Origin: an uncultured Methanosarcinales archaeon | GTDB lineage: Archaea; Nanobdellota; Nanobdellia; Woesearchaeales; GW2011-AR9 | Length of the DNA stretch: 46,924 bases | Direction: 5' to 3' | Assembly (NCBI GenBank): GCA_964404595.1 | Contig: CAYOKQ010000003.1 | Span: 1-46,924, forward strand | Shown here: in pieces, positions 8,613 through 17,161 of the stretch | Layout: every line of letters starts with the position of its first letter | Numbering within the stretch: position 1 is the stretch's first letter | Program-made: the position numbers and the translations under genes | The notes under the pieces: generated by a model | Told to the model about the DNA's origin: nothing | Database searches by the model: none | Seen by the model: only the letters and a program-made list of their open reading frames with translations

Positions 8613-8903
8613 TTACAACCCAAACGCATCCGTAAATTCCCTCATCCTTCTAAACTCTGCTAAAAAATTCAATCCTTTTTCCGTAATCACCACGGTCTTC
8701 GTGGTGGTCTTACGCTTCTTCATAAATTCTTCTTCTACTTTCACCAATTCCTTCCCGATCAATTCATCCAGATAGCTATTGAGCAGCTTGTGCGATAGAT
8801 TTGACTTATACATCAGATGGGTAGGCTTGATCTGCCCGCCGCGGTTCTGAATAGCAAGAAGTATGTCAAAGATCAGTTCCAATCGGGATCGTCGGTTGCT
8901 CAT
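8613..8903 (-). CDS. Winged-helix DNA-binding protein
   Basis: SRLELIFDILLAIQNRGGQIKPTHLMYKSNLSHKLLNSYLDELIGKELV is a typical small archaeal wHTH pattern. Confidence 0.65.
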   Translation of the reverse strand: MSNRRSRLELIFDILLAIQNRGGQIKPTHLMYKSNLSHKLLNSYLDELIGKELVKVEEEFMKKRKTTTKTVVITEKGLNFLAEFRRMREFTDAFGL

Positions 8904-9622
8904 GTGGTATGTTTGGTAATCTTATAATATGTATATAATAACACTAGGAATCCGGCAAGGAGTAAAACTTCTCCCATAACATAAAATTCCTCGATCAAAA
9001 AGACAAAGACAAAGAAAAAGTTACCTGCCAGCATAATCAAAAAGGCCATCACTACCAGCAAAGCATTTTTATTTTGGCTATTGAGATAATTCTTATAATA
9101 ATTTAATGCGATCAATCCCAGCAATACTGCGCTGGTGAGATAAAACACAAAATATTTGAAATTACTGACTACTGAAATGAGGAGGATTAAATATGCAAAT
9201 AGAGCCATTTGGCTCACTTCATAGTATTTATGTAATCTATCGCGTGGTTTTTGCGAGATAAAAAAGATCAAGAGCAGCGCTCCTAGTACCGGGACCATTT
9301 GCAGGAAAAATCCTACCCTATATAACAGGGGAGTAAATTCCAGATGCGCTCCAGCAAGTGGCCGCAGTGTTCCCAACGCTATTTCTTTAGCAGGATCAAA
9401 ATATACGATAGAATTAGTTACAATTTTAAGGCCAACCCCCAATGCAATAAGTAAAAAGGCCAAAGAAAAGTACGCAAATCGGTTTTCTTTATTTAATCTG
9501 TATGCTTTCCAGCTATAGGCCGCTATTAACAAAGCAATCAGTACAATGATGCCTTCAAACATGATATCCCAGCCATTAAACCAGGCTGGGGTGTAATATG
9601 GTCTAAACATTGATATGCGCAC
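8900..9622 (-). CDS. Polytopic membrane protein (about 7 TM), unknown function
   Basis: Repeated hydrophobic segments of about 20 aa. There is a 4-nt overlap with the downstream wHTH gene. Confidence 0.6.
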   Translation of the reverse strand: MRISMFRPYYTPAWFNGWDIMFEGIIVLIALLIAAYSWKAYRLNKENRFAYFSLAFLLIALGVGLKIVTNSIVYFDPAKEIALGTLRPLAGAHLEFTPLLYRVGFFLQMVPVLGALLLIFFISQKPRDRLHKYYEVSQMALFAYLILLISVVSNFKYFVFYLTSAVLLGLIALNYYKNYLNSQNKNALLVVMAFLIMLAGNFFFVFVFLIEEFYVMGEVLLLAGFLVLLYTYYKITKHTT

Positions 9623-9795
9623 CCCGCTTAACTATAAAGTAGCAATTGAGATACGGCTTTAAAAAGGTTATGGTTCTCTTTTTCTTTTCTTGAATAGTGT
9701 TCTGGATCTGCTGTTCTCTCGTTTAAGATTTTGGCCTTTTGTTTATTTCTTTTTAGTAGTAAATCTTAAAAAGGGCGGCGGTTTTTTAATCATTT

Positions 9796-10320
9796 ATGCA
9801 AGTTAGCTTGGAAACTGGTGTACAAGATGCCCTGGAAAGAACTCGCTTACTTACGATCTCACCCCGGCTCATTGCCGTTTACGGGTTTCCCGGTGCTGGT
9901 AAGAGTTTTTTTCTGCGACAGTTTGCGCTAGCTCTTTATCAGCAAGGATTTACTGCGCACTGCGGGGGATATCCAAATGAAGCTGAAACGTATTTGCCGT
10001 TTATACTTAAGAAAGATGTTCTATGCTTTCATCTTGGTTATGATATCTCCCAAGATAAAAATCCGGCATTATATAATGCTAGCATGGATACTTTTCGTTA
10101 TTTAGGCAGACCGGTTGATTTGAACATTGCTATTTACAATCCGGCATATCATCAAGCACCCCGCAGCAAACGATTCATTCATCCACAAAAAGAACCTACT
10201 TTTAAATATGATATAATCATCAGAAATTCTCATTCCAGCGGCACTCCGCTCCACAGCATCCAATCTTCTGCTAATTCTGTTTGTAAATCCTTCCTCTTTT
10301 ATCCAGCACTTGAACTTTAA
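9796..10320 (+). CDS. P-loop NTPase/kinase-like protein (C-terminus uncertain)
   Basis: Walker A LIAVYGFPGAGKSFF. The last 30 or so codons read through the duplicated gene-end repeat and the relE 3-prime end, so the true stop may be annotated too late. Confidence 0.5.
   Translation: MQVSLETGVQDALERTRLLTISPRLIAVYGFPGAGKSFFLRQFALALYQQGFTAHCGGYPNEAETYLPFILKKDVLCFHLGYDISQDKNPALYNASMDTFRYLGRPVDLNIAIYNPAYHQAPRSKRFIHPQKEPTFKYDIIIRNSHSSGTPLHSIQSSANSVCKSFLFYPALEL
10224..10270 (-). repeat. Displaced copy of the 3-prime end of the 711-aa gene
   Basis: The minus strand reads AEDWMLWSGVPLE*. The right copy reads SEDWTLWSGVPLE*. The core matches 19/19 (10237-10255 = 10687-10705) and 12/12 (10259-10270 = 10709-10720). 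Confidence 0.8.
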
Positions 10321-10468
10321 GTGATTTATTCTGAAAATCTACGTCAATCAACGCCCGATAGTCGCCTATCCTAAATTTGTAGTAATCTTTGCCTTCATAG
10401 TGTTCGAGATAATGAAAAGGATTTTCACACTTTAATTTCTCTAATCCTTTACACAGACAGTTCCTCAT
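10271..10468 (-). CDS. relE: RelE-family toxin (short form)
   Basis: GKDYYKFRIGDYRALIDVDFQNKSLKVQVLDKRGRIYK matches the C-terminal core of archaeal RelE. At 65 aa its N-terminus is shorter than usual. Confidence 0.6.
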   Translation of the reverse strand: MRNCLCKGLEKLKCENPFHYLEHYEGKDYYKFRIGDYRALIDVDFQNKSLKVQVLDKRGRIYKQN

Positions 10469-10622
10469 ATTTTGAAAGTGGTGTTTTTCTGGCTATTTCC
10501 AATCTCTGTTTTGCTTCTTGCGTTAATTCTCCTTCTTCTACGAGAATGTGTTTTATAATAGCTAAATCCTGTTTTATCGCTTCAATATCTTCATGCATAT
10601 GTTGTAAAGCTGTTTCGGCCAT
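10449..10622 (-). CDS. Antitoxin-like small helical protein (57 aa)
   Basis: My own translation is MAETALQHMHEDIEAIKQDLAIIKHILVEEGELTQEAKQRLEIARKTPLSKYEELSV*. It overlaps the relE start by 20 nt. Confidence 0.5.
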   Translation of the reverse strand: MAETALQHMHEDIEAIKQDLAIIKHILVEEGELTQEAKQRLEIARKTPLSKYEELSV

Positions 10623-10671
10623 AATACTCTTAAAAGCTCAAAAATTTATATATCTTTCGAAAAAAAAGCTT

Positions 10672-10720
10672 AAATTCACTTACTCGAGCGGCACTCCGCT
10701 CCACAAAGTCCAATCTTCTG
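10672..10720 (-). repeat. Functional 3-prime end of the 711-aa gene (right repeat copy)
   Basis: See the left copy. This copy includes the stop codon at 10680-10682 and about 8 nt of trailer. Confidence 0.8.
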
Positions 10721-12815
10721 AAGGGGAATATGCACCGAACACAAAATAGGGCGGCTGATTCTGTCCAAAAAATCCGTATCCCACCTGCTCCCAGTTACGG
10801 CGTCTGCCTCCACCGGCAACTCCGCCTGCCGCGCCATATACCGGAGAGCCAAACAATCGCCAGGTCTTCATCACACTATGAAATCCGGATACGTCCGTGG
10901 TATAATCTGCGCCAGGCTCGACAATTAATTCCCCTTTATACCCTTTTTCTTTGAGTAATTTAACCATTTCCCGAATGGGGGCATTGCCTTCTCCTGGTGC
11001 TAAGTGGTCGTCATGATAGCCATAATTATCGTCGATGTGCACGTGTCCTAAAATTTTAGCATCGATCATTTTGCCAATTTTCTCGAGCATCCATTGGTTG
11101 TATTCATCGTCGTTTTGTTTCATGGTTTTATTAGGATCCCCTTTCCAGTATTTGCGCCACATATTCAGATGGCCCGTATCAAACGTCGCCGTAATATGGT
11201 CCATGGATTTCTTTCTGGCTTCTTCCTCGCTCATACCTTTATCGGTGAGCATATCAATCATCTTATTTCTGCTTCCCTCAACGAGCTTGATCAATTCATC
11301 CGGATGAGCCCCATACGATTCAGGAAATAAATTTTCCATGGCAATGGTTAGCGGCTTTTTGAGCTTGCCTTCGTCCATGAGTCTCTTACTATGCATCATG
11401 GCATTGAGGGCCGCTTCCGCATACGAACTGCAGGCTTCTTTAAAAGCATAACTTTCTGCACTTTCGATATGCCGGATCTGTTCCTTCAATTCTGCAGCTT
11501 GAGCCCACTGGGATGAGGAAGCTTCCATAGATTGTTTCATCTTACGATCGGTGTCGCGAATGGCTCTTTCGATCAGGGCGGACGGATCTTCGGCTTCCGT
11601 GGGGACGAGGCCAAGGCTGCTCAGACCGCCCAAGGTATCTCGTGCTTTGATCTGCAATTTCCATTTTTCCGCCGGATCAATTTCACTTTCTAGTTTCTTA
11701 TAGAATTCCAACGCTTTGCGCAACTTCTTCATGGCATCAACATCTTCATCAAAGCTGCCCCCATAATAATACGCCCAACCACGGGCATTGGCGGCATTAG
11801 TTTCCAGCGAGTCGATGATATACGCCTCTTCCGGCTTTACTTCTATGTCTTTTTCACTTTTGGCTTCTTTAAATCGTACCCAGTGAGATTCCTTAAAATC
11901 TTTTTCACTCATCTTGCCGTTTTTATAATCTCGCCAAATTTCGCGAGCGCGTTTAGTCATCTCCTCAGCTTCGGTTTTGAGTTCATCCCAAGTAAGCTGT
12001 GTCACCATGAATTTTCCTTCTTCCTTGTTGAATTTGGGAATTCGCAGTTCCGGGTCCACCCGGTTGCCAAAAGGATCGATATAATCTCCTGCTCTTACTG
12101 TTTTACCGTCAATATCAACATAATCCTTGCCACCATGCTCTTGCCATTCCTCTGATTGTTCATCATATCTGTTCCAAACCGGCCTGGAGATTTTCTTGTT
12201 CTTTCGCGCTTCCTGAACTAAGTTTCCTGTTCGAGAATCAACCACCCTATATGCTGTTCGCCCCTCTTCATCTGCATACATACTGAACTTCTTTTTCCAT
12301 CTGTCATTCTCTTCATTCCAGGGAGCATCTACAATGGGGCGTTGATACTCACCTGTATGCACTACCACCGGGCCGCCTTTCCCCACATCAGCGGCAAACT
12401 CAATTGCTCTCTTAATCTCCTGTAATGAAAAATTTTTACTGGTTTTAGAGAAATTGCCTTGCTGGTCCATGCCTGCTAATCCGTACACACCTACGGTTGC
12501 GTGCGTGGTGAAATCAACGCGATTGGCAGTCCCGATCTCGGCGATGGCCTCCCGTTGCTTCTTGCCGTACATCTCAGGGGTTTGTCCCTGTCCTGACCCT
12601 TTCCCGGCTCCCGTAAACACAAATTCTAATTTTCTGGTTCCTGCATACAATTTTCCTTTGATCGCCTGTACGTTTGGAACTGGTCCTAAACCCAGACTCA
12701 TCCCAAAATCGCCGATATTAACACCCACATCATTGGTATGGTTGTCATGTGGTGCAATATTATGCCCATATTCCCTGTCCATGGGCATCGTGTAGCCAGT
12801 TCCGAATTCGACCAT
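10680..12815 (-). CDS. Xylose-isomerase-like (AP endonuclease 2 family) TIM-barrel protein split by a charged insertion of about 330 aa
   Basis: N-terminal barrel strands KLEFVFTG, THATVGVYG, GPVVVHTGE. C-terminal strands LTIAMENLF, TFDTGHLNMW, ILGHVHIDDNYGYHDDHLAPGEGNAPIREMVKLLKEKGYKGELIVEPG. The intervening region from about residue 165 to 490 is Lys/Glu/Trp-rich. Confidence 0.65.
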   Translation of the reverse strand: MVEFGTGYTMPMDREYGHNIAPHDNHTNDVGVNIGDFGMSLGLGPVPNVQAIKGKLYAGTRKLEFVFTGAGKGSGQGQTPEMYGKKQREAIAEIGTANRVDFTTHATVGVYGLAGMDQQGNFSKTSKNFSLQEIKRAIEFAADVGKGGPVVVHTGEYQRPIVDAPWNEENDRWKKKFSMYADEEGRTAYRVVDSRTGNLVQEARKNKKISRPVWNRYDEQSEEWQEHGGKDYVDIDGKTVRAGDYIDPFGNRVDPELRIPKFNKEEGKFMVTQLTWDELKTEAEEMTKRAREIWRDYKNGKMSEKDFKESHWVRFKEAKSEKDIEVKPEEAYIIDSLETNAANARGWAYYYGGSFDEDVDAMKKLRKALEFYKKLESEIDPAEKWKLQIKARDTLGGLSSLGLVPTEAEDPSALIERAIRDTDRKMKQSMEASSSQWAQAAELKEQIRHIESAESYAFKEACSSYAEAALNAMMHSKRLMDEGKLKKPLTIAMENLFPESYGAHPDELIKLVEGSRNKMIDMLTDKGMSEEEARKKSMDHITATFDTGHLNMWRKYWKGDPNKTMKQNDDEYNQWMLEKIGKMIDAKILGHVHIDDNYGYHDDHLAPGEGNAPIREMVKLLKEKGYKGELIVEPGADYTTDVSGFHSVMKTWRLFGSPVYGAAGGVAGGGRRRNWEQVGYGFFGQNQPPYFVFGAYSPSEDWTLWSGVPLE

Positions 12816-12872
12816 GGAGGGAAGGAAGAAAAAAGAGTATATAAAGATTGCCTCGTAGTCATAAATGCTTTT

Positions 12873-13205
12873 TTAGTTCTCATCGATGCCTGATTCTGGT
12901 AAAATGGTTTTTGACACGTCTACCGGGACACAAAACGAAGATAATTGGCCATTATTAATAATTGCATTATAGCTTGATCTCACTTCATCAGTCAATGGCA
13001 AAGCCACATAAAGGGTCGAAGAACTCTCTGCGCAAATCCAAAGCTCGGAGAGCGGTGTCATTATGACATAATCATCGATCGGTTGCTGATAATTAAATTC
13101 CTCTTTAAAGAATACCACCGCTTTCGCAGCTTCAGTATCACAAGTTCCCATTCCCACCAGATATCCGGCATCCACTTCAGGTCGTGCATGCGGTGCGCTG
13201 TCCAT
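12873..13205 (-). CDS. Hypothetical protein
   Basis: 110-aa ORF immediately upstream of the TIM-barrel gene on the same strand. Confidence 0.45.
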   Translation of the reverse strand: MDSAPHARPEVDAGYLVGMGTCDTEAAKAVVFFKEEFNYQQPIDDYVIMTPLSELWICAESSSTLYVALPLTDEVRSSYNAIINNGQLSSFCVPVDVSKTILPESGIDEN

Positions 13206-13285
13206 TACTGAAACAGAGTGTTGTGCCTCTCTTTTTTATAAATCTTTCCCATAAAGATTTAAAGCTTTTAGAATTTAATCGTCAT

Positions 13286-13783
13286 TTATCTTGGCAGATG
13301 TGACACTATCTTTTTTATTGCTTTACCTGCTGAACCAGAATTGTCAATCACAATCCCATAATCAAATTCTGTAGCTTTTTTATATACTGCTCGTGCCGCA
13401 TCCTTTCCATGTACTTTTTCCCGTCTACTGTCTCTTTCGATACACACTTTCAATGGTACTTTGAGCGTAAAAACAAAATGCGGAGAATGTATTTTCTTGA
13501 TCATATCTTCAATCTGGGACTTCCAGTAAAAATTTCCATCAATGACCACCGGAATTCCTTGTTGTAATTTCTTCTTCACGCTTGGAATGATAATTTTATT
13601 TGCCTTCAGAAAACTTTTTTGTGAGATATATCCTTTCTCCTTATCATTAGTCAAATTATATTCATCCAAAATTCTATCTATAGGGATATGTTCAGCCAGA
13701 ACGATTTTGGCGATTCTCTGAGCGATAGTCGATTTGCCGCTGCCCAAAGGGCCCCTAATAATTATAAAATATCCTTTTTTCAT
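13286..13783 (-). CDS. Small P-loop kinase (AAA_33/adenylate-kinase-like)
   Basis: Walker A IIRGPLGSGKSTIAQ. A size of 165 aa is typical of small nucleotide or metabolite kinases. It has an ATGA overlap with the upstream gene. Confidence 0.7.
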   Translation of the reverse strand: MKKGYFIIIRGPLGSGKSTIAQRIAKIVLAEHIPIDRILDEYNLTNDKEKGYISQKSFLKANKIIIPSVKKKLQQGIPVVIDGNFYWKSQIEDMIKKIHSPHFVFTLKVPLKVCIERDSRREKVHGKDAARAVYKKATEFDYGIVIDNSGSAGKAIKKIVSHLPR

Positions 13784-14481
13784 CGTCCTTTATACCAATC
13801 ATGCTCAAAGATGCTCCCTTTCTTATATGCTTCTTTGATGGTGTGCGCCAGCATTCGCGTCACTGATGCCGCCCGGGCAGTCTCCTCGGAAAAAGTATAC
13901 GTGCCTTCCTTGGATGCTTGCAATCTCTCCTCGACAATGCCGCTTAAGTATTCTGCTTTGCGCTCATCAGCCCGGCTGACGTATCCTTTTGCTTCAATGG
14001 CTTGCTTCATCGTCCCAATTTCCTGATACAAGTCCATCGTCGATTGCTGGCTCAAAGGTTTATAATCAGCGGCGATATGCTCTCGTGCCTTTGCACCATA
14101 TTCCATCTGCTGCCAGACTTCTGGTGTAAGAGATACACGCTCTTGCAGCACTGTTTCTTCAAGCTTGGAACTTTCCCTTGTTTTTTTTCCGGCATCTTCT
14201 TCTTTTGGTGCCTGCGCCGCTTCTGATTTTTTGGTGTCTTTTGTTCCTTTATGGGTTTTGAGCAGCTGCTTGCCTTCATCGCTCAGTCCTTCTAATTCTT
14301 CCTTAGCCACTTCCGGAATAGGAACTTTATCGGTCCATTTTTTCTGCTCAGTAATTTCCGATTCACTTTCTCTGATTTGCTGTTGAGCTTCCTCTATCTC
14401 TTTCTTTTTTTTCTGTTCTAATTCTTTGAGCTTTTTGAGCCGCTCTTGAGGAGGGAGCTTTCTGAGGTCTTGGTCCGGCAT
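13780..14481 (-). CDS. Charged coiled-coil protein, unknown function
   Basis: The N-terminal 110 or so aa are Lys/Glu-rich (LKKLKELEQKKKKEIEEAQQQIRESE). The C-terminal half is globular. Confidence 0.55.
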   Translation of the reverse strand: MPDQDLRKLPPQERLKKLKELEQKKKKEIEEAQQQIRESESEITEQKKWTDKVPIPEVAKEELEGLSDEGKQLLKTHKGTKDTKKSEAAQAPKEEDAGKKTRESSKLEETVLQERVSLTPEVWQQMEYGAKAREHIAADYKPLSQQSTMDLYQEIGTMKQAIEAKGYVSRADERKAEYLSGIVEERLQASKEGTYTFSEETARAASVTRMLAHTIKEAYKKGSIFEHDWYKGR

Positions 14482-14523
14482 AAAGCTAAGAAAAAAGAGA
14501 ACTATAAAAACATTCTGGCAAGA

Positions 14524-16044
14524 TTACCACATGACCATCCTGTGGGATTTCTTGAAAGTTTTGAACATATTAAACGCGGTTCCTTTGACATCCCTTATTA
14601 ATTTAGATTTGTCATCAAGCAGCCCCCGCATTTCCTGCTCAAACTTTTTTAATTCTTTGGTGGAGGTTGCTGATTTTTGATCTTTCTTGGGCGAAGCTGT
14701 ATAGAATTCACCGAGGAATCTGGAAGTAAAAGAGCGTTCATCTTTTTTTGACTCTTCTTTTTCTGATTTCTTTTTTGCGCCTTGAGCCTCTTCTAGATAG
14801 GCATCCAATTGTTTGCCCAGTGATTCCATGGCCTGCTGCACGGACGTTGAGATCGCCCCCATTAGATCCAGATTTTCCCGATCTTTTAATTTTTTATATT
14901 TTTCGACTTGTTCATCGTCCCAGCCGTAAATACGCAGATTCATCTCAAATTTCCCGATATGAACCGGCCCTCGCTGATATCCTTCTTGCACTACCTTTAA
15001 TTCCGGGCGGGTTCGATAATTGAATGTTGCTAAGATACAGGCATTAGCTGCTATCACTTTTTCTCCGCCCTTGCCATCGGGAACTTTTCCTACAACCTTC
15101 CGGCTTCTTGCTAATAATTCAATATCAAGCATACTTCCTTCAAAGGCCGAAATTAAATCGGGAGACATCATGTTTCTTTCTTTCAGATTTAGCCTGACCA
15201 CATGCCGCAAATAAGGCTTAATCCAGTTGATATACATCTTAATAATGTCAAAATGCTGCTTTAGATAGGCCAGTTGAAATCGCCGCCGGCTGGCATGCTC
15301 TTCATGGGTGCGCCTGCGCCATTCTATGTACTGCCGCAGATGGCGATGCATGACTCGAATTACATTTCGGTTAAAATTTTTTTCCAAACTGCGGATATGC
15401 TCCGTTATCTCCTCCTCATTTTTACATGGCGGCGCGTCAAAGAACAGATCCGGCAGAGTAATAAATTCTAATTCCCGGGCCATGCCATAGACAGACGCAG
15501 CACTCTTTCCGCCTCCCTGCACCAGATCGACAAAAAATCCCTTGAGTGTTATCTCTGCGCCTTTATCCCGCTGTTCAATTGGCTTTTGCAGTTGTTTTTC
15601 AACTTCTTCATAATACTCCATTCGTTCATCAATAATACGCAGTTCACGCACCATCTGAAACAATTCTTTGATCATTTTTCCCACAGTTGCGAGTAATTGG
15701 GAAATTTTATCCTGCTGTGCTCCCAGGCGCTGCTGGGTTACGCCAAAAAAAGCAGAATTCTCAGAAGCGGCAAAACTATCCTCCAATTTTTCCACGATGG
15801 GCATATATTCTTTCATGGTGTGAAGAATCCAGAAATAGGGCTCTTCTAAACTTAAATCATAAACCTCGTAGAGCAGCTGGTAATATTTTTTAGGTGTAGG
15901 AAAACCAGTTTTACTATAATTTCCTTTGATCGTCTCCCGTTCCTCTTCATCAACTGAGTTGTCTTTTCTCAGGAATCCTATTTCTTTTAATAGTTTAGAA
16001 CGGTATTCGGGGTCAAAGTGAAATAAATCTTCTTGTACTGCCAT
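14524..16044 (-). CDS. Large hypothetical protein (506 aa)
   Basis: Long uninterrupted ORF. I chose the start at MAVQEDLFHFDPEY (16044); the ORF track extends to 16122. No family recognised. The C-terminus is basic and amphipathic. Confidence 0.6.
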   Translation of the reverse strand: MAVQEDLFHFDPEYRSKLLKEIGFLRKDNSVDEEERETIKGNYSKTGFPTPKKYYQLLYEVYDLSLEEPYFWILHTMKEYMPIVEKLEDSFAASENSAFFGVTQQRLGAQQDKISQLLATVGKMIKELFQMVRELRIIDERMEYYEEVEKQLQKPIEQRDKGAEITLKGFFVDLVQGGGKSAASVYGMARELEFITLPDLFFDAPPCKNEEEITEHIRSLEKNFNRNVIRVMHRHLRQYIEWRRRTHEEHASRRRFQLAYLKQHFDIIKMYINWIKPYLRHVVRLNLKERNMMSPDLISAFEGSMLDIELLARSRKVVGKVPDGKGGEKVIAANACILATFNYRTRPELKVVQEGYQRGPVHIGKFEMNLRIYGWDDEQVEKYKKLKDRENLDLMGAISTSVQQAMESLGKQLDAYLEEAQGAKKKSEKEESKKDERSFTSRFLGEFYTASPKKDQKSATSTKELKKFEQEMRGLLDDKSKLIRDVKGTAFNMFKTFKKSHRMVMW

Positions 16045-16153
16045 ATCTACCTCTTTATAATGGGATAGGAAAGGGTATTTAATAAGGTTTCTACAGGAAT
16101 TATACAATAATACAATATACATTTCTAATGAGAAAATGATTCATTTGAATAGA

Positions 16154-17140
16154 TTATGCATAATGGCAGTGATTTCTATGATATAACTCTATCGTCTTTC
16201 TGGCATTAGGCTCCAAATCTAATTCTTGGAGGGCATTTTTGGCGGGCATCCAAACATACTCTTGAGCTCGTGAATCCAATCTTATCTTTCGCTTCTGAAC
16301 TTTAACGACTTTGTCGACAAATATCCGTGATGTTCCGGTTTGATAATATCCTGCATCGGGAAGTTCGTCAAATACACATATCTCTTCTGCTACCCGCCCT
16401 TGTAACCCGGTCTGTTCAGCCATAATTCTGGAAAAAGCAGCTTCTATTTTTTCTGCCGGTTTTATCCTTCCGCCAACAATCGAAAATTTATTTCTCCATT
16501 TGTATGTTTTGACCAAAAGAATATCGCGAGGTTGGCGGCAGGTGTACCGCTTCTTGCTAAAGTCCACTATCACGGGGCCAATTGCCACATCAGCATTATA
16601 CCGGGGTCGGTTTCCAGTTATCGTATCTGCTTCTGTAGGTAGTAGAATCGCTTTCATAAAATAACGTGGAATCTGCGGATCAATCGGGGGCATCGATTCA
16701 AAATGATGCACCAAATCTTCAATCCCTTTGGTTGGAATTGCGTACGAGCGAAGAATCGGCTCTTGAACTTGATGGATATATCGCTTATCGTAAAATACCG
16801 GAACATTATGAGCCAGGGCCCAGCCAATTTCAAAAGAGGTTGCGATACCACAGTATCCTTGTGGAATGGCCAGCCATAGCGCATCTGACTGTTGTATTGC
16901 ACTAAGATGGCTGTTCTCAATAAGACGCATGGCGCTTGCAATATCATTTTGGGAAATAGCATCAATTTTCTGGATTATATCTTTCTCCAGAGATACAAAT
17001 CCATCGACGGAGGATACAATTGTGGCACTTTTTGGAGAAAGAACTTGTATTCCTAAATCCCTGAATCTTTCTAAAGCGGCGGCAATATCTTCAGGAAATT
17101 TTCGATAGCTTCCAGAGATAGTAACCTTTCTTAAAATCAC
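16154..17140 (-). CDS. Fusion of a nucleoside 2-deoxyribosyltransferase-like domain and a Nudix-like domain
   Basis: The N-terminal half with FEIGWALAHNVPVFY resembles NDT-fold proteins. The C-terminal half carries GGRIKPAEKIEAAFSRIMAEQTGL, a Nudix box with two of the Glu positions replaced. Confidence 0.55.
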   Translation of the reverse strand: MILRKVTISGSYRKFPEDIAAALERFRDLGIQVLSPKSATIVSSVDGFVSLEKDIIQKIDAISQNDIASAMRLIENSHLSAIQQSDALWLAIPQGYCGIATSFEIGWALAHNVPVFYDKRYIHQVQEPILRSYAIPTKGIEDLVHHFESMPPIDPQIPRYFMKAILLPTEADTITGNRPRYNADVAIGPVIVDFSKKRYTCRQPRDILLVKTYKWRNKFSIVGGRIKPAEKIEAAFSRIMAEQTGLQGRVAEEICVFDELPDAGYYQTGTSRIFVDKVVKVQKRKIRLDSRAQEYVWMPAKNALQELDLEPNARKTIELYHRNHCHYA

Positions 17141-17161
17141 ACTTTTGCTAAGGCTAACATT

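Larger units (their letters stand above)
10224..10720 (-). mobile_element. Putative inserted TA cassette bounded by imperfect direct repeats of about 47 nt
   Basis: Repeat copies lie at 10224-10270 and 10672-10720. Only a relE-like gene and its antitoxin lie between them. No recombinase is present. Confidence 0.4.

Noticed and set aside
9796-10320. Treating the full 174-aa P-loop ORF as reliably delimited
   Set aside because: Its last 30 or so codons are read-through across the displaced gene-end repeat and the relE 3-prime end on the opposite strand, so the annotated C-terminus is probably an artefact of the insertion.
10546-12795. Several plus-strand ORFs (10546-10749, 10730-10954, 11035-11330, 11883-12155, 12454-12795)
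   Set aside because: All are antisense to the antitoxin gene or the 711-aa TIM-barrel gene. They have low-complexity Ser/Phe/Ile-rich translations and no motifs.
15480-15560. Possible Walker A (VQGGGKSA) in the 506-aa orphan
   Set aside because: The spacing does not fit [AG]-x4-G-K-[ST], because the residue five positions before the G-K is Leu. No Walker B-like segment follows, so I did not call it an NTPase.
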